DNA of 64,000 nt from an uncultured Planctomycetota bacterium (lineage in GTDB: Bacteria; Planctomycetota; Planctomycetia; Isosphaerales; Isosphaeraceae): assembly GCA_963845755.1 (NCBI GenBank), contig CAWJTV010000009.1:1-64000 (forward strand), read 5' to 3'. Both the position numbers and the translations under genes were made by a program. Below are positions 20,796-31,096 of the stretch, one piece after another. Under the pieces are notes generated by a model, which ran no database searches, was not told the origin of the DNA, and worked only from the letters and a program-made list of their open reading frames with translations. Every line of letters starts with the position of its first letter. The first letter of the stretch is position 1.

Positions 20796-20937
20796 TAGAG
20801 CGTTTCTGCGTAGGATCTCTGCGCCGTGCCGCGCATCTGGGGAGTTCTCGATTCGAGATTCGAGATTCCCGATGGAGGTGCGGTCGGACGACGCGGAGCG
20901 TCGAGGACGGCATTCCCACGGGGACCGTGGGAACGAG
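20796..20937. repeat. Partial heptamer-repeat MITE (inverted) followed by a REP-like element
   Basis: 20796-20872 is the reverse complement of the right half of 52748-52900; it is followed by GACGCGGAGCGTCGAGGACGGCATTCCCACGGGGACCGTGGGAACGAG. Confidence 0.7.
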
Positions 20938-20979
20938 GGAAACCGTGGTCGTTTCCGCCAGCGTCCCGGAATCGGGAAA

Positions 20980-22720
20980 GGGTGGAAGACGCGGTTCGTT
21001 TTTCTGACGAGTTACGCGGCTTCCCCAGTCTTCCTGGCTTTGTAGCTGCGGAACGGGCTGCTGGGCCGCTCCTTGAGGTGGCGGTCCAGGCGGCCATCTT
21101 CGGAAAGGAAGGCCGCACGGAGTTGGAGGATCGCTTCGGCACCGGCCTCGCTCCAGAACTTCTCCGACCCCTTCACCCGGCGGTTGAATATCTTCACCGT
21201 TGACTCCACGTGGCTGGTCGTCCACGGGAGGCCCTCGCGACGATAGCGCGGATAGTCCATCCGCTCCCGGTTGTCTTCCAGGTAGCCCAGCACCCGCGCG
21301 ACGATCCTCCGGGGGTCGTCGTCGGCTAGCCTTTCCAGCGGGCACCCGCACAAGGCGATCTGGGTATCACACCAGGTGCGAAGCTCCGCGATCACCCGAT
21401 CGACCCGCCCGTTCCAGCAGGCCTCCGCCCAGGCCTGGAATGACTCCCAGCGGCCCTCGGTGTCGGCGACCATGACCCGGGCCGCCGTGAAGAGGTGGGC
21501 CAGGGCGTGGAGGAAGTTGACGATCGCCACGAAGGTCGGGAAAGAGCGGCGGTGCAGCCCCCAGATCCAGGCCGAGCCGTCCCCCAAGAACGCCCGGGCG
21601 GCGGCCGCGGCGAAGTTCCGCCGTCGGGCCTCGGCGGCGACCATCGGCCCGAAGCGATCGACCGGGGCGGTCGTGGCCACGTAGGTGCGCACCGATAGCT
21701 CCGGCGTACCGCGCGGCTCGGCGGCCTCGGCGACGGCCGGGATCGGCAGCACGGCGGGCTCCTGGATCTCGGGGGCCGGCGGGCCCATCGGTCCGGTCCC
21801 GCCGATGGCCCCGATGACCTTCTCGACGTAGGCCCGATCGCGGAAACAGGCGGGCAATTCCGGCTCGGGGTCGCACTCGGAGACGACAGGGGCCATCGTC
21901 GCCAGGATCGCGATCTTGTCCTCGTGCCAGGCGGCCTGGTGGGCTCCCGGCCCCTGGCCCGCGCCGCGGATCTGGAGCCGGCCGCCATCGACCTCGACGA
22001 CCGCCAGGGCTGGCCGTGTCGCGACGCGCGGCTCGAGCGTGCCGGCCTGGAAGCGGTCCACCTGCTCATCCCGCTGGGACCGCAACTGCTCGCCGAGTTC
22101 GCGGGCGATGCGGTCGAGTTGCCGGCCGCTGATGTCCACCTCGGCCAATTCGGCGACGGCCTCGGCTGCCTCGCGGAAGGAGGGCTCGCGGGTGGCGGAA
22201 CGGACGATCTTGCGGACTACCGAGGGGCTGTAGTCATGGGACGTCAGCCGTAGCGCCGGGCGCTGAGGGAAAAAAATCCCGGCGGCAGGCCGGGCAGTGG
22301 CACTGGGGCTCGGCGTAGGTGACCGCGCCGCCCCAGAAGTCGATGGCCCGCGGCTCGCGCTGTACGGCGCAAGGCCGCTGACACGTCGGGCAGGGTTGCT
22401 CGGGCCCCAGCAGCGCGGCCTTCCGCTCCAGCAGATCGGCGATGGTGCCCCGAGCGACGGCGCGGGCGGCGGTGATGGCCATCTGCTCGATGTCGTCGGC
22501 GTCGAGATCCAACTCGGGCCCGACCTCATCGTGGACTGCGCCGGGCCACGACTTTCCCCCACCCTTCGGCGAGCCGCTCGACGCCGTCTCGATCCATCGA
22601 TGGTGACTTCTGGAAAGGCATCGGAGATCCCTCCTTGGACTTCGGGTGATAGACAATCTGGGAAACTCACCTTGACAGCTTACCAGGGATCGAACGCCGC
22701 GCGAACCGCGTCTTCCACCC
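20980..22720 (-). mobile_element. ISKra4-family insertion sequence with intact ends
   Basis: Perfect 19-bp IRs GGGTGGAAGACGCGGTTCG / CGAACCGCGTCTTCCACCC; 9-bp target duplication ATCGGGAAA (20971-20979 and 22721-22729). Confidence 0.92.
21012..22621 (-). CDS. ISKra4-family transposase (two-frame, slippery T7 site at 22270-22276; extra frameshift ~22537)
   Basis: AAGGAGG RBS then MPFQKSP; zinc finger CPTC...CPACRRDFFP; EVDGG, FLGDGSAWIW, NFLHALAHL, RMDYPRYRREGLP..SHVESTVK...RVKG..KFW. Confidence 0.85.
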
Positions 22721-22847
22721 ATCGGGAAACGGCTCGCTCACCTGGCCTTGCCGGAATCGGGCGACTCGATAAGATTGCGTGTCCTATCCAAGGCCCTTGC
22801 GATCGGGAAGCCCGTTCGCCATCATCCATTCGTGTGGAGGGCCAACC

Positions 22848-23348
22848 ATGGACCGGCATCTTTCGGCTCGACAACAGCTGGGTTGGCGGACGCGCGGAGC
22901 GTTGCTGGTCGCGGCGGCCGGATTGGCGGGGCTCTTGGGATTGGCGCGGTCGTTGGTGCCGGACCCGCGGGGTTACGGCACCCACCTCCAGCTTGGGCTC
23001 AGGCCTTGTGGGTTCGCCACGGTGACCGGCCGGCTCTGTCCGACCTGCGGCATGACCACGGCGTTCGCGTGGTTTAGCCGCGGTCGGGTCGACCGATCCT
23101 GGCGAGCCAACCCGGCGGGGTGTCTGTTCGCGATGTCCTCGATCCCCGTGATGGTCTGGTTGGTCGCGTGCGCGGTCCGAGGCGAGCCCGTCGGTTTCGC
23201 GTCCCTGACGGGGCCCGTGATGGGCCTGCTGCTGGCCGGTGTGGCCTTCAGCCTCATGTCCTGGTTGATCCGGTTGATCGTTTCGCCAGCCAGCCTGGCC
23301 GGCCCGGGACCCAGCCCGGGGGAACTGGCCAGACCGCTGGGCCTGTGA
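22848..23348 (+). CDS. DUF2752-family membrane protein
   Basis: GYGTHLQLGLRPC...CPTCGMTTAF...ANPAG motif; three hydrophobic segments. Confidence 0.82.
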   Translation: MDRHLSARQQLGWRTRGALLVAAAGLAGLLGLARSLVPDPRGYGTHLQLGLRPCGFATVTGRLCPTCGMTTAFAWFSRGRVDRSWRANPAGCLFAMSSIPVMVWLVACAVRGEPVGFASLTGPVMGLLLAGVAFSLMSWLIRLIVSPASLAGPGPSPGELARPLGL

Positions 23349-23353
23349 ATATT

Positions 23354-23412
23354 GTAGGTCAGGCTTTGCAGCCTGACGGTGCCCGTTCGTCAGGCTGGAA
23401 GGCCTGACCGAC
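23354..23412. repeat. GTAG-type REP doublet (REPIN-like)
   Basis: GTAGGTCAGGCTTTGCAGCCTGAC ... GTCAGGCTGGAAGGCCTGACC, two palindromes in inverted orientation. Confidence 0.75.
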
Positions 23413-23454
23413 GTTCTTGCCGGCGTAACATTCCAAGGAAGGAGGGGGTAAAGG

Positions 23455-24174
23455 ATGACCCCTCGTTTGCTCGCCAAAGTCCACGTGCGGCTCGCCATGG
23501 CCGCCGTCCTGGCCGGCGGGGTCCTGATCGCGATCAGCGGTTGTGATCCGCGGACCCTGGCCTATTTCCTCCAGCCCTTCGAACCGATGGTTCCACCGCC
23601 CTGTGACACCTCGCTCCAGGGCAAGAAGGTCGTGGTCCTGATTCAGGTCGCCAGCAACTCGATGGGAGAATATTCGTCGCTGGATCGCGACCTAAACCGG
23701 GAGTTCACCTCCATTCTCAAGAAGAAGATCAAGAAGATCACGGTCATCGATCCCGATAAGGTCATGACCTGGAAGGAAGCCCACCCCAAGTGGACGTCCC
23801 CGGCGGACATCGCCATCGACTTCAATGCCGACGTCGTCCTCTTCCTCGAAGTCGAGCAGTTCCAGATCCAGTCGCCGGGCGACCTGAACATGCTCCACGG
23901 CGAGTCCAAGGTACATATCCAGGGGTACGAGATGGAGTACCCCAAGAACAGCAAGGATAAACCGATCAAGGATCAGCCCAAGGAACCCGTCTCCTTCTGG
24001 GACGACTACGTCGAGACGAAGTTCCCCGATCGCGGGCCCATCCCCATCGATACCGGGGCGAGCCGCTCGAAGTTCCGGATCAAGTTCGTCAAGATCGTTG
24101 CCAAGGAAATCTCCTGGCAGTTCATCGAACACGCCGAGGACGACTCGATCCAGGATTCGCGGATCGAACGCTGA
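23455..24174 (+). CDS. Hypothetical lipoprotein
   Basis: Strong RBS; lipobox ISGC after a hydrophobic signal; 239 aa. Confidence 0.8.
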   Translation: MTPRLLAKVHVRLAMAAVLAGGVLIAISGCDPRTLAYFLQPFEPMVPPPCDTSLQGKKVVVLIQVASNSMGEYSSLDRDLNREFTSILKKKIKKITVIDPDKVMTWKEAHPKWTSPADIAIDFNADVVLFLEVEQFQIQSPGDLNMLHGESKVHIQGYEMEYPKNSKDKPIKDQPKEPVSFWDDYVETKFPDRGPIPIDTGASRSKFRIKFVKIVAKEISWQFIEHAEDDSIQDSRIER

Positions 24175-24292
24175 ACGAACCCATCAACATGGAGGGGCGG
24201 AGTCCCGGCATGCCGCGTGCTGGGATACCGCCCCCCTCCCCTTTCGCCCGGATCGCCGGAATCGGGGCGCCGCGGTGTTGGAACCCCTCGGA

Positions 24293-25082
24293 TCACGCTC
24301 CGAAGAGGTCCGACGGCTTGATCTTGGGGAGCTTGCCCCACATCTCCTGCTCGTCGGAGTAGGGATGAGCGGAGCACTCCCGGCGGGGCTTTTCGAGGAT
24401 CGGCAAGACGACGGCGGCGAGCTTCAGGTCGTCGCTCGTGGTGATCTTGATGTTCAGCGGCGAGCCGGCCACGATGGCGCAGGGATGCCCGATGGCCTCG
24501 ACGAGCTGGCAGTCGTCGGTCACCGTGGGGCCGACGCGGCAGCGGTGGGCGTACGCCTTGCAAAGGAGATCGCGGCGGAAGACCTGGGGAGTCTGGGCCA
24601 GGTAGAGACCTTCGCGAGGGATGGTGGCGGTGGTCATCCCCTGGTCGTTGGCCTGCTTGATCGTCTCGGCGACGGGGACGGCGAGCAAGGCGGCATCATG
24701 TTCGACGCGCGGCGTCGAACACGGCGTCGATGAGCTCGGCGCTCAAGCACGGCCGGGCCGCGTCGTGGATCGCCACGAACTCGCAACGAGGATCGACCAC
24801 CTCGAGCGCCTTGGCGACCGTGTCGCACCGCTGGGCCCCGCCCTCGATCACCTGGATGTTCATGAACGCCACGTTGGCGCGGTACCGCCGCTCGAACAGC
24901 TCGCGATCCTCCGGGGCAATGGCCAGGATCATCTGGCCGACGTCGTCCCGGTTCAGGAACGGCTGGATGGCCCGAAGCCAGACCGCGCGGCCGTCGAGCT
25001 CCGCGTAGATCTTCTTTTGCTTCGGGTCGCCAAATCGCGACGATTTTCCCGCGGCAGGCAGGATCACGGCGAATGGACCCAT
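24293..25082 (-). CDS. ispD: 2-C-methyl-D-erythritol 4-phosphate cytidylyltransferase (frameshift ~24705)
   Basis: VILPAAGKSSRFG..K, GGAQRCDTV, VAIHDAARP; second frame AVPVAETIK, AQTPQVF, TDDCQLVE, NIKITT. Confidence 0.9.
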
Positions 25083-25251
25083 GGTGACGACTCCCAACCT
25101 TGACCCCGACGCGGTCTCGCCGCAACCGAAGAGGGATTCTCAACTAAACGCTCTGCCCAGATTGTGATCCGGCCACACCGGGGTGTCAACTCATCGAAGA
25201 AACCGCGATCCCGCGGGCAGAAGGCGCTTGCCCGGCGCGGGGGCGTCGGCG

Positions 25252-26126
25252 ATGCTGGAACGACGGATGGATCGCCGGCTCGTTCGTATGAGGGAAACGC
25301 AGATGGAGTGCCTCGGGCCGCAGTGTGCCGAGATGCTGCTGGAATGGTTGAAAGCTCGTACGGCCGGTTCCTCCGGCGGCGAGTCGCCGGCCGGGGCCGT
25401 CCCGAAGCAAGGACTGCTCTGGACGGCCAGCCCGTACCGAGAAGAGGCTGCGTCGATCGCGACCCCCGGGGAGCTGGCGGCGCCCTCGAGCACCTGGAGT
25501 ACGCCGTATTCCGGCGCTATCATAACCAGGTGACCCGGGCCGAACGCGCGCGGCTGGATAACTCGATCGACAACGCGCTGTTCAAGGTCGATCGCTACCT
25601 GATCCGCCTCGACCCGTCGGACTCGGCGCGGTATGAGGCCGAGGTCCACGAGCTGCGCGCGGCCATTCGCGAGGGCCGCGAGCGCGTGGAGCGGCAGTAT
25701 CACCAGGCGCGCCGTGCCGACCTGAAGCTCGCCCAGTTGGCCTCGCTGACCCCCGAGTCCTTCGAAGAGTTCGTCGCCGAGATCTTCGAGGCCCTGGGCT
25801 ACGAAGTCGAACAGGTGGGAGGCTCCGGCGATGAAGGCGCCGACCTCCGCCTCCGTCGGGCCGACGGACTGCTCGCCGTCGTCCAGTGCAAGTATCACAA
25901 GCGCGGGGTGGTGGGATCTCCGGTGCTCCAGAAGTTCCTGGGCACCATCCATCACACCCTCAGCCACAAGGGTTTCTTCGTCACCACCAGCACGTTCTCG
26001 CTCTCGGCCGAGAAATTCGCCGCCGAACACCCGATCGAGCTGGTCAACGGCCCCAGGCTGGTCGAGCTCGTCAACCAGGCCCTCGGCACGAAAGGACGCC
26101 GCGAGAACGAGCCGGCCTGGTTCTGA
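25252..26126 (+). CDS. Mrr-like restriction endonuclease domain protein (frameshift ~25480)
   Basis: C-terminal Mrr_cat pattern FEEFVAEIFEALGY, GSGDEGADL, VQCKY, FVTTSTFS..A, IELVNG..L. Confidence 0.82.
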
Positions 26127-26386
26127 ACCGGCCCCGACCGACCGGAGCGCTCGGATCCAACGATCCGGGTCGCCATCGTCGTATTCTGGGATGAGGGAAG
26201 ACGCGCAGGCCCGTGTGCGATTCGCCCGGCCTAGGTCTCGACGACGTCCTTTGCGATCCCTGGAAAATCTAGCATCACGTAATCTTGGCCAGTGGCTTGA
26301 CCGAGTTCCCATCGCGGGTTACCTTTTCCGTCGCGGTCGGAACGGATCCGTCCTCCCGTCTCAACCTGGGCCAAGGAGGGTTCTGA

Positions 26387-26626
26387 ATGTTCACCTGCAC
26401 CCAAGAAGGTTCGCCTCGCACCCTGGACCTGCCCGACGCCTTCGAAGACCTGACCGGAGTGATCTCCGTGGATCTCAAGGTGATCGTCACCGCGCTGACC
26501 CAGCGCGCCGGCGAGCGGATGCTCCTCTCAAGCCGGCAACGTCAACAGTTCCAGCGCACCCTCTGGGACAACCTGACGCAGGTCCTCAACGAAACCCTGG
26601 AGCCGCTCCAGGTCGAGAGGCAATGA
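26387..26626 (+). CDS. Small hypothetical protein
   Basis: AAGGAGG RBS; 79 aa with coding-like codon usage. Confidence 0.65.
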   Translation: MFTCTQEGSPRTLDLPDAFEDLTGVISVDLKVIVTALTQRAGERMLLSSRQRQQFQRTLWDNLTQVLNETLEPLQVERQ

Positions 26627-26647
26627 GTCCGAGCGAGCGAAGCGACA

Positions 26648-27322
26648 ATGTCACGACTGATCCTCGGAGTGACCGGTTCGGTCGCGGCCATCAAGACGCC
26701 GGAGCTGCTCGGTGCGCTCCGTGAGACGAGGCATGACGTCCGCGTCGTGGCGACACGGCCGGCCCTGTATTTCTTCGATCCCGCGGCGATCGAGCCGGCC
26801 GATGCTAATCCGTCGGACCGCTGGCTCTTTCGCGATGAGGACGAGTGGCCGGGCACGCGCTACCGGCGCGGGGACGAAGTACTGCACATCGCGCTGCGGA
26901 ACTGGGCGGACCTGCTGATCGTCGCCCCGCTCGATGCGAACTCGCTCGCGAAATTCGCGATGGGGATCTCGGACAACTGCCTGAGCTGCCTCTTCCGCGC
27001 CTGGGACTTCTCCAAGCCGGTCGTGCTCGCCCCGGCGATGAATACGATGATGTGGGAAAGCCCGGTGACCCGGCGCCACCTGGCTCAGTTGCTCGAAGAC
27101 CGGGCAACGAGCCCGCCACCGGACGATTGGACGCTGGATCAGGCGCCGTTGATCTTCGCTCAGCAAGCGCCTCGAATCGTCCTGATCCCGCCCCAGGCGA
27201 AGCGCCTGGCCTGTGGGGATTTCGGAATGGGCGCCATGGCCGCGGTCACCGAAATCGCCGAGGTCGTCCGGCAATGGAGCGAGCAGGCCGTGGCCCATGA
27301 TCTCGAAACCCGGTCGAGCTGA
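26648..27322 (+). CDS. coaC: Phosphopantothenoylcysteine decarboxylase-type flavoprotein (stand-alone CoaC/HAL3-like)
   Basis: LILGVTGSVAAIK, LHIALRNWAD..VAPLDANSLAK.A.G.SDN, APAMNT.MW, KRLACGDFG.GAM. Confidence 0.8.
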   Translation: MSRLILGVTGSVAAIKTPELLGALRETRHDVRVVATRPALYFFDPAAIEPADANPSDRWLFRDEDEWPGTRYRRGDEVLHIALRNWADLLIVAPLDANSLAKFAMGISDNCLSCLFRAWDFSKPVVLAPAMNTMMWESPVTRRHLAQLLEDRATSPPPDDWTLDQAPLIFAQQAPRIVLIPPQAKRLACGDFGMGAMAAVTEIAEVVRQWSEQAVAHDLETRSS

Positions 27323-27346
27323 CGGCGAGTTCCATCCCACGCCGGT

Positions 27347-27874
27347 TCACACGAGATCGTCCGCTCCGTGTGACTTCTTGGACTTCCGGAACCGACCGGC
27401 GTTCGCAATCCGAAAGTCGGTGAGCACCCAAGCCGCAACCATCGGCGCACCAACGATGACGACCAGGTCGGGGAGCCCGTTCACCATGGACTCCCTGCCC
27501 TTGAGCCCGTAGCGGGGAGGGAGCACAACGGTGATCATGATGAACCACAGTAGCAGGCTGATCGAAAAAATGATCGCGAGCGATCGTGCAAAACGATACG
27601 TCTCGAGGGGCGCGTAGGCAGCCCATCCCGCGCAGGCAAACACTGTCGCGCAACCGATCGCCACATCGAGCATCGAATTCGGAAGCTCTTGCAGGTCGGC
27701 TTGCCGATCCCATTCCGACGTTCCCGAAACGAGCCATCCGCAAACCGTGCCTCCCAGTACCAGGGCCACGGGAGCGACTGCGCCGAGGAGGCCGCTCAGG
27801 ATCGCGCAGCGCAGGCCTCGCGAGACGTTTAGCGGGGAGGGTTGGGCTTTCGTCATGGCTTGCACCTGCGACAT
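27347..27874 (-). CDS. Hypothetical membrane protein
   Basis: About four hydrophobic segments; start uncertain. Confidence 0.55.
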   Translation of the reverse strand: MSQVQAMTKAQPSPLNVSRGLRCAILSGLLGAVAPVALVLGGTVCGWLVSGTSEWDRQADLQELPNSMLDVAIGCATVFACAGWAAYAPLETYRFARSLAIIFSISLLLWFIMITVVLPPRYGLKGRESMVNGLPDLVVIVGAPMVAAWVLTDFRIANAGRFRKSKKSHGADDLV

Positions 27875-28077
27875 GACGCCAGGTTGTGGCGATCGATCCA
27901 CCACTGACAAGTGTCAATTGTACCCGTCAACGCGAGGGCGTGCCAGGGATTCTGTGCGCGAGAATCTGGCAGAGGGGAGACGGTTGCAACCCCGGCCTTT
28001 GAGCCGACCTGAGTCGCCTCGCTGATTGAGACGATCTCCCGATCGCGTGCAGTCCGCTGGAGCCGGCACAGTTCGGA

Positions 28078-29055
28078 TCAAAGATCCGAGAGATCGAGCC
28101 GGCCTTGATCGCGGAGGGCCACGAAGCGGTGGTAGGTTTCGGCGATGCCGTCGCGGAGCAGAGTCCTCGGGATCGGTCCCAGGCAGCTCTGGAGCCGGGC
28201 TTCGTCGAGGTCCGAGGCGATCGGGAGCTGGCGGTCACCGTGCGTGACGAGTCCGCGGGCCGCCGGGACCACCTCGCTCAGCGCGACGACGAACGACTCG
28301 ATCGGCTCGACATCACCCCTGAGGTTGAAGGCATCGGCTCCCTCGAACGGTTGATCGAGCGCCCGGACGAAGGTCGCGGCGACGTCGCCGACGTACTGGA
28401 AATCCTGCTTGCCGCCGTAACTGATCGGATAGGGCCTCCCGACCGCGACCGCCTTGATCGCCTTGGTCGGCTCGCTGGTCATGCCGAAGTCCCGCCCGAC
28501 GCCGTAGACCGTCCAGGGCCGAAGCCCGATGCTGCTGATCCCGTGATCGAGCCAGTAGACCCGGGCGTTGAGCTCGTTGCAGACCTTGTAGGCCCCGTAG
28601 TGGGTCAGGGGCGCCAGCCGGACCGCGTCGCCGAGCGGGCTCTCCACGCCCGGATCGGCCGGACCGTGGACCGCCGCGGAGCTGGCATAGACGACCCGCC
28701 GCACCTGGTCCTTCAGGGCCAGGGCCGCCTCGAAGACGGCCAGCGTGCCGATCACGTTGACCTTCGCTCCCAGGATGGGATGGGCGCGACACGTGGGCGT
28801 CTGCAAGCCGGCGAGGTGCAAGAGATGCGTCGCCCCGACCTCTTCCACGGCCGATCGCACCGCCTCGGGGTCCGAGACATCGCCGGCGATGAAGTGGACC
28901 GACGTCCGCTGACCCGGCTCCAGGATCAGGTCGAGCCGATGCGTGTCCTCCTTCAGATCATAGATCCAGACCTCGCGCCCGCTTTCCACCAACTGCTTGG
29001 CGACCCAGGAACCGATGCACCCGTAGCCGCCGGTCATGAATACGCGCGATTCCAC
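28078..29055 (-). CDS. NAD-dependent epimerase/dehydratase (extended SDR)
   Basis: TGGYGCIG, HLAG, YASSAAV, YGAYK, LRPWTVYG. Confidence 0.92.
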   Translation of the reverse strand: MESRVFMTGGYGCIGSWVAKQLVESGREVWIYDLKEDTHRLDLILEPGQRTSVHFIAGDVSDPEAVRSAVEEVGATHLLHLAGLQTPTCRAHPILGAKVNVIGTLAVFEAALALKDQVRRVVYASSAAVHGPADPGVESPLGDAVRLAPLTHYGAYKVCNELNARVYWLDHGISSIGLRPWTVYGVGRDFGMTSEPTKAIKAVAVGRPYPISYGGKQDFQYVGDVAATFVRALDQPFEGADAFNLRGDVEPIESFVVALSEVVPAARGLVTHGDRQLPIASDLDEARLQSCLGPIPRTLLRDGIAETYHRFVALRDQGRLDLSDL

Positions 29056-29213
29056 TTGTATTGGTCCTTAAATCCTTACGTCATTAGGTCCTTAAGTCGC
29101 TGCGCGCAGCCGCCTCAAATCATTTCGTTATGGGTGGCCGCGCCCGGAAGTGGGAAGAAGGCGGCGCTCCCCTACCGAGGGCGCAAGAACTCAAGGACTT
29201 AAGGACCAAAAAG

Positions 29214-29624
29214 TCACCAGCCTGAGGGCAGTCCCCACACTCCCGGCGTGATCAACTCGACGGAGTTCCCGGCAGGATCGCGGAAATAGAAGGAATGGCC
29301 GCCGCGCTCCCAGGTTTCTTCGTGCTCGATCGCCACCCCATGCTCGTGGAGTCGTTTTCTCCAGGCATCGCGGTCTGCCGCGGCGACGCCGAGGGCGAAA
29401 TGGCCGGGACCGCGCGCGCCATGGGCGGGAAGATGGTCGGCCCGTAGGGTCGTCTCCGCCCGGAACACCAGGAGCATGGAACGGTCCCCAACCCGGAAGA
29501 AGACGTGCCGGCCGTCTTCCTTGCCCAGGACTGTCAGGCCGAGCACGTCCCGATAGAACCGCTCGGCCTGCTCGAGGTCGTCGGCGTAAATCCCCATTTC
29601 CACAAGGCACTCGATCGGTCTCAT
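29214..29624 (-). CDS. VOC/glyoxalase family protein
   Basis: YADDLEQAERFYRDVLGL, GHFAL, SFYFRDPAGNSVEL. Confidence 0.9.
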   Translation of the reverse strand: MRPIECLVEMGIYADDLEQAERFYRDVLGLTVLGKEDGRHVFFRVGDRSMLLVFRAETTLRADHLPAHGARGPGHFALGVAAADRDAWRKRLHEHGVAIEHEETWERGGHSFYFRDPAGNSVELITPGVWGLPSGW

Positions 29625-30137
29625 GCACGGCTGATCCGGAATCCGGGGGACCGATCGGCGCGCCGAGCCCCTGGGCTCGGTCCGTCCGGCTTCTTTCGAG
29701 GAGGGCCCGGCTGGCCCGCGAACCTGCGGCAATACTCCGAATATGCCCGGAGAAACGGCGGCAATGCAAGGGCCTGGCTCGCGGCGCGCCGGATTCCGGA
29801 GGGCCGGAATGCAGGCCGCACCGGGGCGTTGGCCGGAGAATTCGACGACGAGACGTCTGGACCGAACCCCGACAATCGCTTTGAACGGAGAAAGGCCGCG
29901 CTGACGGGTTTGTTCGTCATTTTGCGGGGTTTTCGCGTTTCATCCCCGAAACCAGGCCTTGACAACGCGATGAGCGGAACGTAAAGGATAAGATTTGACT
30001 CGCGACGACCCAGGACTGCCGCGGGGGCAGATTCTGACGATCGTTCGGGAGGGACGGTTCCGGGCCGTCAGGCGCCTACGACCGGCTCCCGCCCTGCCGA
30101 GTCGTTCCTCTCTTTCTTTGTCCCCGAGGAGGACCCT

Positions 30138-30650
30138 ATCGGACCGATTGACCGAGGTTTAAGGGTTAACGAACAGATCCGTATCTCCCCGGTGCGGGTC
30201 ATCAATGCCGAGGGTGTGATGCTCGGCGTCATGCCGACAAGCAAAGCCCTGGAAGCGGCTCGCGAGGCGGGTCTGGACCTGGTGGAGGTGGCTCCCAACG
30301 AGCGGCCCCCGGTCTGCAAGATCATCGACTTCGGCAAGTTCAAGTATACCCAGAAGAAGAAACTCTCCAAACAGAAGCAGCACCAGGTCCACATCAAGGA
30401 GATCCGCGTGCGGCCCAAGACCGGCGACCACGACATCGAGGTCAAGGTCAAGCGTGCCCGGGAATTCCTCGAGAACAAGGACAAGGTGCTGGTCAACGTC
30501 CTGTTTCGTGGCCGGGAATTGGCCCATATCGATGAGGGTCGCCGGGTCATGCAGGAGGTCCTGGCCGCTTTGGACGAAATCGGCAAGGTGGAGAAAAACC
30601 CATCGATGGAGGGAAAGCGCATGACGGCGATCGTCGCGCCCCGCGTTTAG
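30138..30650 (+). CDS. infC: Translation initiation factor IF-3 (non-AUG start, probably ATC)
   Basis: [53 protein letters not shown] at 30126-30132 lies 5 nt before an in-frame ATC. Confidence 0.93.
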   Translation: MGPIDRGLRVNEQIRISPVRVINAEGVMLGVMPTSKALEAAREAGLDLVEVAPNERPPVCKIIDFGKFKYTQKKKLSKQKQHQVHIKEIRVRPKTGDHDIEVKVKRAREFLENKDKVLVNVLFRGRELAHIDEGRRVMQEVLAALDEIGKVEKNPSMEGKRMTAIVAPRV

Positions 30651-30681
30651 AGGGCTGATCGTTTGCGTGGGATCCGGCAAA

Positions 30682-30764
30682 GGAAAAAGGGGACTGGCTC
30701 CCGGCCAAGAGGGGCCCTTCGATCTCGGACTTAGCGCCCGGGCCGGGTGCCTGTCCCTTTTTTC
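30682..30764. repeat. REP-like inverted repeat / terminator-like hairpin between infC and rpmI
   Basis: GAAAAAGGGGACTGGCTCCCGGCC ... GGCCGGGTGCCTGTCCCTTTTTTCC. Confidence 0.6.
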
Positions 30765-31096
30765 CGCGCGCTCAACGCCAGTGCGCTGTGCTCTAACCCC
30801 GCCCAAAACCCGAGCGAAGGTCCCATCACTGCGTTTGCCGGCCCGATTGGCGTCAACGGCTGGGCTATGCCTGGACGGGAGTCGAGACGTTCTGATACAC
30901 TGAGGAACTCGACGCATCCCGGGCCGGCCGATCGTGCTCGGGATCGCTCGCGCGGGTCACGATTTCCGGCCCTCGCAACGTACTCGTCCGGCAAGCCTCC
31001 ATCCGGCTGGCGGTGCGGCTTACCCTTTGAGCGGAGGTCGGCACGACCCCTGCCGCATGGCATCGCGACGAAATTCGTAAGAGGAATGCGCCAAAA

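Noticed and set aside
29959..29995. Sigma-70 promoter for infC (TTGACA at 29959)
   Set aside because: The -35 is perfect but no convincing -10 lies at 16-18 bp spacing, so it is not listed as a feature.
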